Below are positions 15,967 through 25,693 of a stretch of DNA of 40,203 nt, one piece after another. A model generated the notes under the pieces. That model searched no databases. It was not told the origin of the DNA and worked only from the letters and a program-made list of their open reading frames with translations. The translations under genes were made by a program, and so were the position numbers. Source of the DNA: a virus; UHGV virus genome UHGV-1364111; one strand, written 5' to 3'. Within the stretch, counting starts at the first letter, position 1. The number at the start of each line of letters is the position of its first letter.

Positions 15967-18495
15967 ATGCCAACAGTACCAACAGTCAGCGGGCGCCAGG
16001 TTGAAAGCCGCGGATTCCAGTCTCCGGGTTTTCAGGCGTTCGAACAACCGAATGTCGGAGACGTCATTTCTCAGGTCGCGCCAAAGGCGATCGACATGTT
16101 CGCGCAGGCCAAGCAGCGGGCGGATGTCGCCCAGGCGCAGGATGCATCGCTGCAACTGAGTCAGGTATCGAGTGATCTGCTGACGAACCCTGATACCGGC
16201 CTGCTGAACCTTCAGGGAAAGAATGCGCTGGGCAAGGGGCAGGAGTACACCCAGCAGTTTGATTCTCAGGCAGAACAGATCGCCATGACCCTGCCTGAAG
16301 GGGCCCGCGCTGGTTTCATGCAGCAGGTGCAGCAGCAGCGCATTCAGTTCACGACGCAGGCCGGACGCCATGAGATCAACCAGCTCAACGCCTACGAAGA
16401 GGGGCAGTTCCAGGCGACGCTGGCGAACAACGGGAAACTGGCAGCATCTGCGTACGGCGATAACGCCAACTACGTGCTGTACAACCAGCAGACCTTTCAG
16501 CAGATCGAAACCTATGGCGCCGCGCATGGCTGGAGCGCTGAGCAGATTCAGGCGAAAAAGACCGAATTTAAAGAGAAGGTCGCTGATACGGCTCTTTCTC
16601 AGTGGTCTGCTAACAACTCTATCGAGTTCATTCAGAGCAATGGCGAGCTGAGCGACACGGCTGTTGGATCACGTCGTGCGGTAACTGAAGGCGGTTCCGG
16701 TGACAGTGCTCGAGGCATTCGAAATAACAACCCAGGAAACCTCGAATACAGCAAAACTAATCCATGGGTTGGTCAGACCGGTGATGATGGGCGATTTGCT
16801 AAATTCGAAACTCCGGAGCATGGCATTCGCGCGCTGGGCCGCAACCTGCTGTCTTACCAGCGCCAGGGTATCGATACCGTCAGTGACATTATCAACCGCT
16901 GGGCGCCGCCGTCTGACAATAACAACACCGATGCTTACATTCAGGCAGTATGTGCTCAGCTCGGCGTAACTGCGGATCAGCAGCTTGACGCATCAAACCC
17001 TGACACGCTGAAGGCCCTGTGTGCTGCAATAATCCAGCATGAGAACGGTAGCCAGCCATACAGTGACCAGCAGCTAGCCACCGGAGTCAGCGCGGCTATT
17101 GGCCTGTCTCAGCTGCCGACCAGCACCAAACGGTACACCGGCAATGCTGCATTCGATGCTGCCTCCCCTGAAGCGCAGGCGACCTTCCTCCGACAGGCTG
17201 ACCAAATTCGCAAGCAGCAGCAGGCGGAGTATCGCACCAGTATCGACAGCCGGGTTCGCGATGCCAGCGCGGCATACATGCGTGGTGTGGATTTCCCGAA
17301 CGCTCCGACTCAGACCGATTTCCTGGCGGCCTACGGGGTGCGGGAAGGCAATCTCCGTTACACCGAGTTCAAAAACACGCAGATCGCCGGGCAGTACATT
17401 GGCTCATTCCGCAACATGCCGACGAGCAGTATCACAGCCTACGTCAATCAACTGAAGCCAGGAACCGAAGAAACAGGCGAGGGGTATGCATCCCGCGCTG
17501 AATTATTCGATCAGGTATCGGCGGCGGCTTCGAAGGTGATCAGCCAGCGCCAGAATAATCCGTTCAATGCTGCGGTTGAGATTGGTGCCTATAAGCCGAT
17601 CGCCAGCAACAACCCTAACGACATCACAGCTGAGGTGGCTAACCGTTTCTCTTCACAGGAAAGCCTGCGCGCACTGGGCATCAATGCGCCTATCCTGTCC
17701 AGTGAGGAGGCTGCTGCACTGTCCGAACAGGTGCGCGGCACCAAAGACGTAAACCAGACAATCAGCCTGTTACAGAGCATGGGTGAGACGTTGTCTGCTC
17801 CGGCAATGCGGCAGGTAGCGTCTGCCATTGCGCCGAACAACGCAGCGACTGCATATTCCGCGCTGCTGCTGGGCACACCGGATAACCAGTACGACAACAA
17901 GAAACCAACCATCGCATACAGTCAGTTCATTGGCTACAAGCCGACCATGAATAAATACGACGTGTCGAAGGTGATCCTCGCTGGCGATCAGTTGCTCAAT
18001 CCAACGAAGGCAATGAAAGAAGCTGGTATAACTCCGGTGCAGTTGCCGAGCGAAGATAAGCTGAAGCGAGCATTCGACGATCAGGTGGGTAATGCATTCG
18101 CCAATAACGCGCAGGCGCGCCAGCTCAGTTACAACCTTTTCAAGGCAGCTTACGCCGGGATCGCTTATCAGTCAGGTGATGCCTCCATGACGCGCACTGA
18201 TGCAGCCAACTCCGACGTAGTGGAAAAGGCGGCGCAATACGCCACAGGCGGCGTGTACAAGGGCTTTAATGGTGGAGATGTGGTAATGCCGTTCGGCATG
18301 GATAAGTCCACCTTCAAGGACCGCTACACCGCATCCGCACAGCAGGCGCTGAAAGATGCCGGTCTGAACGTAAACGCCGCATCAAACTTCACGCCAGTCA
18401 ACATTGGCAACAACCAGTATCGGCTGGTAAGCGGCAGCGGGCGCTGGGCTACGGATCCGAAAACCAATGAAGCTATTGTCGTGAGGGTCGAATAA
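15967..18495 (+). CDS. internal virion/ejection protein with putative peptidoglycan-hydrolase domain
   Basis: 842 aa. Segment RGIRNNNPGNLEYSK...FAKFETPEHGIRALGRNLLSYQ...IINRWAPPSDNNNTDAY resembles phage muralytic domains. Confidence 0.5.
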   Translation: MPTVPTVSGRQVESRGFQSPGFQAFEQPNVGDVISQVAPKAIDMFAQAKQRADVAQAQDASLQLSQVSSDLLTNPDTGLLNLQGKNALGKGQEYTQQFDSQAEQIAMTLPEGARAGFMQQVQQQRIQFTTQAGRHEINQLNAYEEGQFQATLANNGKLAASAYGDNANYVLYNQQTFQQIETYGAAHGWSAEQIQAKKTEFKEKVADTALSQWSANNSIEFIQSNGELSDTAVGSRRAVTEGGSGDSARGIRNNNPGNLEYSKTNPWVGQTGDDGRFAKFETPEHGIRALGRNLLSYQRQGIDTVSDIINRWAPPSDNNNTDAYIQAVCAQLGVTADQQLDASNPDTLKALCAAIIQHENGSQPYSDQQLATGVSAAIGLSQLPTSTKRYTGNAAFDAASPEAQATFLRQADQIRKQQQAEYRTSIDSRVRDASAAYMRGVDFPNAPTQTDFLAAYGVREGNLRYTEFKNTQIAGQYIGSFRNMPTSSITAYVNQLKPGTEETGEGYASRAELFDQVSAAASKVISQRQNNPFNAAVEIGAYKPIASNNPNDITAEVANRFSSQESLRALGINAPILSSEEAAALSEQVRGTKDVNQTISLLQSMGETLSAPAMRQVASAIAPNNAATAYSALLLGTPDNQYDNKKPTIAYSQFIGYKPTMNKYDVSKVILAGDQLLNPTKAMKEAGITPVQLPSEDKLKRAFDDQVGNAFANNAQARQLSYNLFKAAYAGIAYQSGDASMTRTDAANSDVVEKAAQYATGGVYKGFNGGDVVMPFGMDKSTFKDRYTASAQQALKDAGLNVNAASNFTPVNIGNNQYRLVSGSGRWATDPKTNEAIVVRVE

Positions 18496-20060
18496 TGTCT
18501 GATGTATTTTCTCTGGCTCCGGAAGGCCAGGCGTGGACCGAAGATAAAGCAGCAGCCAATCCGGCACGGCCAGAAGATTATGAGCCGACATTCTTCCAGG
18601 GCTCGATTGCTGCGCCGGTGCGCGGCGTGGCGGAAGGTACTCTCGGCCTGGCTCAGTCTGCCGTCGGATTCAGTAAACGCCTGATCAGCGATCCGGCATT
18701 CACCGCAGACGTGGCGCCAACGGTCAATATCTTCCGCGTTATGTTTCCAGATGCCGACAAAGCGCTGAATGAAACATACGACACGATTGGCAAACAGTTG
18801 CAGGATGCTCGCGGGTATGTGAAGCCGGATGCTGGTAGCCAGGGCACCGCTGCCGAGGTTCTTTATGGCCTCGGTCAGTTCGTGCCGGCCATTGGTGCGA
18901 CCATTGTCGGCGGCCCTGCGGTCGGTGCTGCTACGGCATTCAGCTCAACGTATGAACAGTCCTATCAGGATTTCAAAGGGAAGGGTGTAGACGAGTCGAC
19001 GGCTCGCAACCTGGCAACTCAGCAGAGCCTTTTCAACGCAGCGGGCATGGCCTTACCTGCTGCCATCGGCACAACACTGGCAACGCGCATCGCCTCAGGT
19101 GTGGCAATCAACACCGGTTTCGGTGGCCTGAACCGTTATTCCGTCGGCGAAACACTGGAGGAGAAAGGCTACACCGAAATGGCGAAACAGTACCGGGTAT
19201 TCGACGGCCAGGCGATGCTGGTGGATGCAGTGCTGGGTGGCGCCTTTGGTGGTGCCCATCACCTTGCCGCGCGAAATGCTGACGCGCCACCTCCAGCAGA
19301 TACTGAAGCGCCGATCCCGGCGGCGGAAGTGCAGAGCGCTCCTGATGCAACCGCAGAGCCATCGCCTGTGGTCGAAGTTGCGCCAGTGACTGATGCGCCG
19401 GGTGCACCGTTGCGATCTGATGCTCAGGCACCAGTGACAGAGCCTGCCGCCGCACCAGATATTCCTGCCATCAAACCGAGCGACATCGATGCAGCCCACA
19501 CTCTGAATGAGGGGCTCTATTACGATCTGGAATCCTCCCCGGTTCTGCATGCCAGCAACGAGAGCATCAACAGCCATGTGGCAGCCATGGATGAAGCGTA
19601 CCGACAACTGAATGACGGCCAGCCTGTTAACATCGGGATGATGGCGCGCGGGCTGGATGGTCCGGCCCGGCCTGGCATGCTGGAATCTGCAAACGAGCAG
19701 TACCATGCAATGCAGCAGGTTTTCGAAGAGAATGGTGTCAGGTATGAAACGCCGTCAGAACTGGCTGGAGAGGCTCCGGCGCCGCGCGCCGAAAGTGCAT
19801 TCACTGCGGCAGACGAAACTGGCGGCCAGGTCAGTGTGGATCCCGACACCGGCCAGGCAATTTCATCCAACAGTTACGACCTGATGGCGGCGCGCGATAT
19901 GGCGACCACTAATCCGGATCTGACAATTACGCATCCCGACACCGGGCAGCCTGCGAAACTCTCCGATGTTCTGGCTGAATTTGATGAGCAAATCCAGACA
20001 GTGCAGAACGAATCGAAAGTTTATTCAGTCGCCGCCGCGTGCTTCCTGAGGAATCCATAA
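18495..20060 (+). CDS. internal virion protein (521 aa) with Pro/Ala-rich linker
   Basis: ATGA-coupled start. Gly/Ala-rich N-terminal half. PAPxxAP low-complexity region. Confidence 0.45.
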   Translation: MSDVFSLAPEGQAWTEDKAAANPARPEDYEPTFFQGSIAAPVRGVAEGTLGLAQSAVGFSKRLISDPAFTADVAPTVNIFRVMFPDADKALNETYDTIGKQLQDARGYVKPDAGSQGTAAEVLYGLGQFVPAIGATIVGGPAVGAATAFSSTYEQSYQDFKGKGVDESTARNLATQQSLFNAAGMALPAAIGTTLATRIASGVAINTGFGGLNRYSVGETLEEKGYTEMAKQYRVFDGQAMLVDAVLGGAFGGAHHLAARNADAPPPADTEAPIPAAEVQSAPDATAEPSPVVEVAPVTDAPGAPLRSDAQAPVTEPAAAPDIPAIKPSDIDAAHTLNEGLYYDLESSPVLHASNESINSHVAAMDEAYRQLNDGQPVNIGMMARGLDGPARPGMLESANEQYHAMQQVFEENGVRYETPSELAGEAPAPRAESAFTAADETGGQVSVDPDTGQAISSNSYDLMAARDMATTNPDLTITHPDTGQPAKLSDVLAEFDEQIQTVQNESKVYSVAAACFLRNP

Positions 20061-22816
20061 TGAAACAGGCATGTGTTGAAGCCATTGCGCAGACACTGGG
20101 CCGCCAGCCAAAGGCTGACGAGCTGAAAGGTATTGAGGACCGTATCAAAGAGGCCGTGCGACAGGTACATAAAAAAAATGCCAGAGAAGGCAAGACTGGC
20201 ATCCCTGATGCGCAGACGTACATGGAGGCAGCCGATCTTGTGCGCCAGCGCGTTGTGCATGACGTTTATAAGAAGCGCCAGCGCGTCGCTCAGAACGCGA
20301 TCGCCATTAGCAGGGTGACTGACACCCTCGACGCCAATATCCCGCCAGAGCAGCAAACACCCGCCAATTTGCAGCAGTTTATCTTCGCAGGTCGGCGCAC
20401 AACTGATGGTAAGGATATTGCCGTGACCTCGGCAGAGGAACTGGCAACCGGAGCATATCAGGACTGGTCACGCCAGCTCAGTGCTGAACTGCTCAAAGCC
20501 GGTGATGATGTACGAAAATTTTTCGAGCAGAGTAAAGCGCTCGGCGAGCAGCGTTTCCGCAGTCTGTTCGACCAGCAGGCGGCAAAGTCAGCACAGTTCC
20601 AGATCCTGAAAGAGTTATATGGCGAGGACACCGGGAACCCTCAGGCGAAAAAAATCGCCCAGGTATGGAATGACGTCACCAGCCGGGCCCGGCAGGAAAT
20701 GAACGACAACGGGTTTGATATCGGCCTGCGAGACGACTGGCATCTGCCCTATGTGGACGACGCTGATTTTATTCGCAACGCCGGACGAGATGAATGGCTG
20801 GCATCATTGCCGGTGGCAGAACAGGCCAAAGCTAGATTGTCAGGCCGCCAGCCGCCGATAGAGTTTGCCCGCCAGGCGTGGGTGGACGACGTTTACAACA
20901 CGCAGGATCGCAGCAACTACGTTAATACGGACGGCAGCCCGATGAATGACATCGAGTATCGCCAGGCGCTGGAAGCGATCTTTGAAACGAAGGCCACCGA
21001 CGGCGCCAACAAAATCGACCCTGGCGCGTTCATGGGCACCGGCGGGATAAAAAACCGTGGCTCACAGAGCAGGGTGATGGCGTTCAAGGATGCACAATCA
21101 CACTTTGCCTACATGGAACGCTATACGCAGCAGCCTGTGGTGGGCGTGATGATGTCCCACCTGCAATCCTCCTCTCGTGATCTGGGTGTCGTTAAAGCCT
21201 TCGGCCCGGATGCTGCGCGCAACTTTACCCTGGTTCTTGACCGGGTGTATCAGCGTGCAGTCACAGGTGGGAAGCCCGTGGGGCACATGAACGAAGAACG
21301 CAAGATGGTCGAGCGGATGTTTAACTCTATGGCCGGGCTTAACGGTGTGGCCACATCGAGCGTGTTCACTTCTGCTGTTGGCGGTCTACGTAACCTGATG
21401 ACGAGCGCGATGCTCGGTACCAGCGTACTGACGGCAACCAGCGACCAGGCTATTATGCGTGCCAATGCCCAGGCGCTCGGTTTCACGCGAGACGGCATGC
21501 GCCTGTCGGCTAACACCATAAAAAACCTGTTCAGCGGTGATGCGAAACGAGCCAATGCAGAACTCGGCTTGCTGGTGGATTCGCATGCCGCTGTAGTCTC
21601 GAAGATGGGCGGCTTTGACCTGTCGCGCGGAATCACCGGATGGTTCGCAGAAAAAACGTTGAAATGGTCCGGTCTGATCGCCATGGACCGTGCCAACAAG
21701 GCGGCTTTCGGTCTGCTGATGTATAAAAACATTGGCGAACTGACCCGCAAATTTAAGACGCTGGATGACGTTAAAGGGTCAGATAAAACCATCCTGGCTA
21801 ACAAAGGCTGGAGCAATGAAGACTGGGCGATAATGGCAGCGGCAGACCTACAGCCAATGACTACCTCCGGTCACATGGGTATGACTCCTGATGCGATCTA
21901 CGCCGTTCCCGATGACGTGATCACCGGCATCATGTCGGACCGTATTGCACAGGTGCGCGCCGGTAGCGAAGCAGCACTGGCGGCGCTTGGAGATCTACCT
22001 CCTGAACGTCTGAAGCGGATGAAAGAAGCATTTGATGCAGAATCAGAGCAGACCATCAATCGTATGGTTCGCAATGCCCGCGCCGAAGCCGCTCAGAAAT
22101 TGCTGGGTATCACACACGGCGAGATGACCAGCGCTGTAACGACCGCCACCGGGCTTGACACTTACGCCCGCGACGACGCCGGGCAGCTGATTAAGAGCTT
22201 CATGCTTTTCAAAACCACGCCATTCGCCGGGTTCCGCCAGCTGGTAAACCGGGCTAATGATCTGGACACGGTGCCTGCGCTTAAATTCCTCGCTTCATAC
22301 ATTGCAGGCACGACACTGGCCGGGATGTTTGCAAACCAGATGAATAGCCTGTTGACCGGCAATGACCCACTGGATATGACAAAGCCAACTACATGGGTGC
22401 AGGCTCTACTGAAAGGCGGATCATTCGGTATCTACGGCGATTTCCTGTTCCAGGACCATACGCAATATGGCTCAAGTATCGCGGCCACCATCGGCGGGCC
22501 GGTGCTCAGCTTTGCTGAACAGTTAACCAAGCTGCTGATCACGAACCCGCAGAAGGCATTACAGGGGGAAGAAACTTCTTTCGGTGCCGACGCGCTTAAG
22601 ACGGCTCGAATGATCACCCCTTTCGCAAACCTCTGGTATGCAAAAGCCATTACCAATCACCTGATCCTGCAACAGCTACAGGAGATGGCAAACCCTGGGT
22701 ACAACGATCGGGTAAGGGACCGCGCGCAGCGGGAATTTAACACAACGAGCTGGTGGGAGCCCGGCGAAACAGCGCCGCGCCGTGCCCCAGATCTCGGGAA
22801 GGCGGTGGGCCAATGA
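20060..22816 (+). CDS. large internal virion/ejection protein (918 aa)
   Basis: ATG at 20060 with GAGGAA RBS (ORF track lists 20039 as the start). Size and position analogous to T7 gp16. Confidence 0.5.
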   Translation: MKQACVEAIAQTLGRQPKADELKGIEDRIKEAVRQVHKKNAREGKTGIPDAQTYMEAADLVRQRVVHDVYKKRQRVAQNAIAISRVTDTLDANIPPEQQTPANLQQFIFAGRRTTDGKDIAVTSAEELATGAYQDWSRQLSAELLKAGDDVRKFFEQSKALGEQRFRSLFDQQAAKSAQFQILKELYGEDTGNPQAKKIAQVWNDVTSRARQEMNDNGFDIGLRDDWHLPYVDDADFIRNAGRDEWLASLPVAEQAKARLSGRQPPIEFARQAWVDDVYNTQDRSNYVNTDGSPMNDIEYRQALEAIFETKATDGANKIDPGAFMGTGGIKNRGSQSRVMAFKDAQSHFAYMERYTQQPVVGVMMSHLQSSSRDLGVVKAFGPDAARNFTLVLDRVYQRAVTGGKPVGHMNEERKMVERMFNSMAGLNGVATSSVFTSAVGGLRNLMTSAMLGTSVLTATSDQAIMRANAQALGFTRDGMRLSANTIKNLFSGDAKRANAELGLLVDSHAAVVSKMGGFDLSRGITGWFAEKTLKWSGLIAMDRANKAAFGLLMYKNIGELTRKFKTLDDVKGSDKTILANKGWSNEDWAIMAAADLQPMTTSGHMGMTPDAIYAVPDDVITGIMSDRIAQVRAGSEAALAALGDLPPERLKRMKEAFDAESEQTINRMVRNARAEAAQKLLGITHGEMTSAVTTATGLDTYARDDAGQLIKSFMLFKTTPFAGFRQLVNRANDLDTVPALKFLASYIAGTTLAGMFANQMNSLLTGNDPLDMTKPTTWVQALLKGGSFGIYGDFLFQDHTQYGSSIAATIGGPVLSFAEQLTKLLITNPQKALQGEETSFGADALKTARMITPFANLWYAKAITNHLILQQLQEMANPGYNDRVRDRAQREFNTTSWWEPGETAPRRAPDLGKAVGQ

Positions 22817-23007
22817 TGGACATTTTTTTCAGTATTGGATTGATGTTGATCTGGTTTGCTGTCGTAGTTGTATGCGGTACTGCCTATTTGTGGGTGATTA
22901 TAATTGTCATCAGGAAAAAGTGGTTAGGAGAGAGGTCGGCGAAGGTCGTTTACTTCTCGACCTTCGTCATCATTGCCGCAATAATCTTTAAACTTCCCTT
23001 GCTGTGA
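22813..23007 (+). CDS. small two-TM membrane protein (64 aa)
   Basis: MMDIFFSIGLMLIWFAVVVVCGTAYLWVIIIVIRKKW...FVIIAAIIF: two hydrophobic helices. ATGA-coupled. Stop codon lies inside the palindrome GTGACATGTCAC. Confidence 0.45.
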   Translation: MMDIFFSIGLMLIWFAVVVVCGTAYLWVIIIVIRKKWLGERSAKVVYFSTFVIIAAIIFKLPLL

Positions 23008-23017
23008 CATGTCACGA

Positions 23018-23040
23018 GGCCGCGCGTGCGGCCTTTGATT
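23018..23040. terminator. GC-rich hairpin terminator between convergent genes
   Basis: GGCCGC-gcgt-GCGGCC followed by TTTGATTT on the plus strand. Also closes the minus-strand 86-aa gene. Confidence 0.5.
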
Positions 23041-23300
23041 TATGTCGTTTCCTGCTTCAACTTTTCTACGCAGTAATCAAGATGCATTTGCAGATCTTTC
23101 ATGGACATCTGCGAGCTGGTGACATAGTTAACCAGAGCAGTCAGCTCAGCCATAGGACCATCAACGTTAAAACCATCCTCACCAAGCTGGCGCAGCAACG
23201 TCATCAGGTGAGAATCTTCAACAAGGGAGCGGACGCCTCCCGGCGTGTGTATTCGTTCGGCAAATCCTTTTTCCAGCGGGTGATGATACTGACGTTGCAT
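23040..23300 (-). CDS. LexA-controlled small protein, candidate antirepressor (86 aa from the ATG with a GGAG RBS; ORF track lists 23318)
   Basis: Minus-strand ORF MQRQYHHPLEKGFAERIHTPGG.... Its 5' region carries a near-consensus SOS box. Function inferred from context only. Confidence 0.4.
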   Translation of the reverse strand: MQRQYHHPLEKGFAERIHTPGGVRSLVEDSHLMTLLRQLGEDGFNVDGPMAELTALVNYVTSSQMSMKDLQMHLDYCVEKLKQETT

Positions 23301-23319
23301 CTGATAATCTCCATGCATT

Positions 23320-23339
23320 CACTGTATATATGTACAGTA
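23320..23339. promoter_or_regulatory. LexA (SOS) box CACTGTATATATGTACAGTA
   Basis: CTGT-N8-ACAG with an AT-rich spacer. Matches the consensus TACTGTATATATATACAGTA at 18 of 20 positions. Overlaps a putative -10 TACTGT of the minus-strand promoter. Confidence 0.6.
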
Positions 23340-23376
23340 GCAAAAGTTCGAAATACTATCCAGCACGAATTGCTAT

Positions 23377-23391
23377 TTACCCAAAAGGTAA
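23377..23391. promoter_or_regulatory. operator-like palindrome TTACC-caaaa-GGTAA between the divergent 86-aa gene and tailspike promoters
   Basis: TATTTACC caaaa GGTAATAA. An extra GGTAATAA half-site lies at 23437-23444. Confidence 0.35.
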
Positions 23392-23495
23392 TAACTTTTC
23401 TGATTGTTATTCATTCAATTCATATAAGGTTTGCCAGGTAATAAACTGTCCTGATGATGCACGCGCGACGGGCGCTGCTTAACTGGAGACAGGCC

Positions 23496-25664
23496 ATGAC
23501 GGTATCAACCGTAGTTGACCATAACGATTACACCGGGAACGGCGTTACGACATCCTTCCCGTATACCTTCCGCATTTTCAAGAAAACAGATCTCGCTGTA
23601 TCAGTTGTCGACCTGAGCGAAAACATCACGGTGCTGGTACTTGACACGGACTATACAGTTACGAACGCCGGTGGTTACAATGGCGGTAGTGTGGTGCTGA
23701 CCACTCCGCTTGCGAATGGCTGGCAGATCTCAATTTCTCGTGAACTTGAGCCAACACAGGAAACCGACCTTCGCAACCAGGGTAAGTTCTTCGCTGAAGT
23801 GCATGAAGATGCCTTTGACAAGCTGACTATGCTGATCCAACAGGTCGCCAGCATGTTTCGTCTGGCATTGCGTAAACCGTCCAGTATCGCGAACTGGTAC
23901 GATGCCCTGAATAACTACATCCGCAACCTGAAGGACCCCAGAGACCCGCAGGATGCGGCCACGAAAAACTATGTCGATACGCTGGCAAATAGCAATTTCA
24001 CACGAACCCTGCGCGTCCCGGAGCCTATTCCACAGCTTCCAGACGCGGTAACACGCGCAAACAAAATCATTGCATTCGACAGCGCAGGAAACCCGATTGT
24101 TGTATTGCCTCCTTCTGGTTCAGCTTCTGATGTTTTTATTGAGCTGGCAAAACCTACCGGGGCAACGAAAATTGGGACCAACCACAGGGGGTTACTGTCA
24201 TCAGATCTTGATGCTATAGATCGCAGGCCTAGTGGGTATGGAGATTCCATCTCAGCAGTTCTCTCAAATGGCCAGGACGTAGAAATCGAAAAAACATATT
24301 TACGTTCGAGCCCAATATTGCCAACAGACTACCAGCTTATCGATGGCAAAGGCGGGAATCTGCAAATGTCAGCGATTGCACGAGCCATATCTGTAGTAAG
24401 CAAAAAAGGGGTTACTATCAGGAATATACGTTCTGTTGGAACGGTTGTTAACGGTCCTTCTACCGGAAACGTAGCTTATGGCGTGGTTGCTGAAGACAGC
24501 ACAAATTTGAAAATTTACGGCGTTGATGCTAGCAAATTTTCAGGTGCAATTGAGCTGCTACGGTGCACGGAATTCGTTATTCGGGATGTATATGCGAGAA
24601 ACGAAAGGTATCATTCAGATGTGGCAGCTGGCGGTTACGGTGTTTTATTGGAAGGTTGTCAGAGGGGTGTTGTTGACGGAATTAATTTCCTGGCAAGTGC
24701 TTCTGATGGTGACCTTGGCAGGCATGCTTTATATATATCTGTCGATTCATCTGGCAATTTCTGTGAAGACATAATGGTAAGTAACCTCATCGCCAGATAC
24801 GTCAATATAGACAACCGTGATATGCCAGCTGCGGTAGTTAGAAGATCAAACAGATGTGCCATTGATGGTTTTAATATAAACGGTTCAAACAATGGCATTG
24901 GTCTAAATGCTTCTAACGGAACGATACAGGATTTTCAGATCAGAAATGGTCATATGAAAATCTTCCAGTATGACGATAACGCTGTTTACGGTGTATCAGG
25001 TGGAGTGGATAACACCCCAGCAACAGTTATCGGGCTTCGTGTTGATAATGTTACAGTTGAGTTGGAAGTAAAAACTGGCGTCACTCCGACAACGGTAAGG
25101 CTTCATGCCTTAAATGTCACATGCCGGGATAGTCAGTTCTCAAACCTCAGGTTTAAAAGCCATGGTTCTTCAAATCCAATACTGATTGCGGCTGGGGCTT
25201 TCAACCTGCTTATTGATGGGGTTGAAGATTTTGTTACTGCCGGTAGTGCTTCAACATCTGCCCTGATAAGATTCCAGGGTAGTAACAGCAACATTAGTGT
25301 TCTGAATGTGAAAACTGCTCGAGCAGTTTTTGTTGGCCTGGATAACGTCACCGATCTTACAGTTAACTGGGAAAGGTTCGCTCGCGTTGTAAGTGCCAAC
25401 GGCACGGTAACAACAACAGACACAGACTCACTGATCAATACCGTATCTGCAACTGGTACCGGTGAGTTAACTGTTTCATTCAAACCACATGTTACCTCTG
25501 ATGCGGTGAGAAAATGCACAGTTACTCCTGCAAGTGTCGCAGGTTTGGTGATTCTTCCTGAAGTATCAGGTAAAAAACTGATACTTAGATTCTATAACGG
25601 GAGTGGCGTACTTGTGCCATTGGGCTCATCTATCGTTAGTGCTGACATAAGGTTACACTCATAG
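23496..25664 (+). CDS. tailspike protein: T7 gp17-like N-terminal adaptor plus beta-helix depolymerase-like body
   Basis: ATG at 23496 with GGAGACAGG RBS (ORF track lists 23454). N-terminus MTVSTVVDHNDYTGNGVTTSFPYTF...VLDTDY...GW parallels T7 gp17 MANVIKTVLTYQLDGSNRDFNIPFEY...INTDY...AW. Remainder is Asn/Gly/Val-rich repetitive (NGSNNGIGLNASNGTIQDF), typical of a right-handed beta-helix. Confidence 0.7.
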   Translation: MTVSTVVDHNDYTGNGVTTSFPYTFRIFKKTDLAVSVVDLSENITVLVLDTDYTVTNAGGYNGGSVVLTTPLANGWQISISRELEPTQETDLRNQGKFFAEVHEDAFDKLTMLIQQVASMFRLALRKPSSIANWYDALNNYIRNLKDPRDPQDAATKNYVDTLANSNFTRTLRVPEPIPQLPDAVTRANKIIAFDSAGNPIVVLPPSGSASDVFIELAKPTGATKIGTNHRGLLSSDLDAIDRRPSGYGDSISAVLSNGQDVEIEKTYLRSSPILPTDYQLIDGKGGNLQMSAIARAISVVSKKGVTIRNIRSVGTVVNGPSTGNVAYGVVAEDSTNLKIYGVDASKFSGAIELLRCTEFVIRDVYARNERYHSDVAAGGYGVLLEGCQRGVVDGINFLASASDGDLGRHALYISVDSSGNFCEDIMVSNLIARYVNIDNRDMPAAVVRRSNRCAIDGFNINGSNNGIGLNASNGTIQDFQIRNGHMKIFQYDDNAVYGVSGGVDNTPATVIGLRVDNVTVELEVKTGVTPTTVRLHALNVTCRDSQFSNLRFKSHGSSNPILIAAGAFNLLIDGVEDFVTAGSASTSALIRFQGSNSNISVLNVKTARAVFVGLDNVTDLTVNWERFARVVSANGTVTTTDTDSLINTVSATGTGELTVSFKPHVTSDAVRKCTVTPASVAGLVILPEVSGKKLILRFYNGSGVLVPLGSSIVSADIRLHS

Positions 25665-25671
25665 TAAAAAA

Positions 25672-25687
25672 GGCCGGAATTCCGGCC
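25672..25687. terminator. bidirectional terminator
   Basis: Perfect palindrome GGCCGGAATTCCGGCC flanked by A6 upstream and TTCATTTTATTTT downstream. Serves tailspike (+) and gtrC (-). Confidence 0.65.
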
Positions 25688-25693
25688 TTCATT

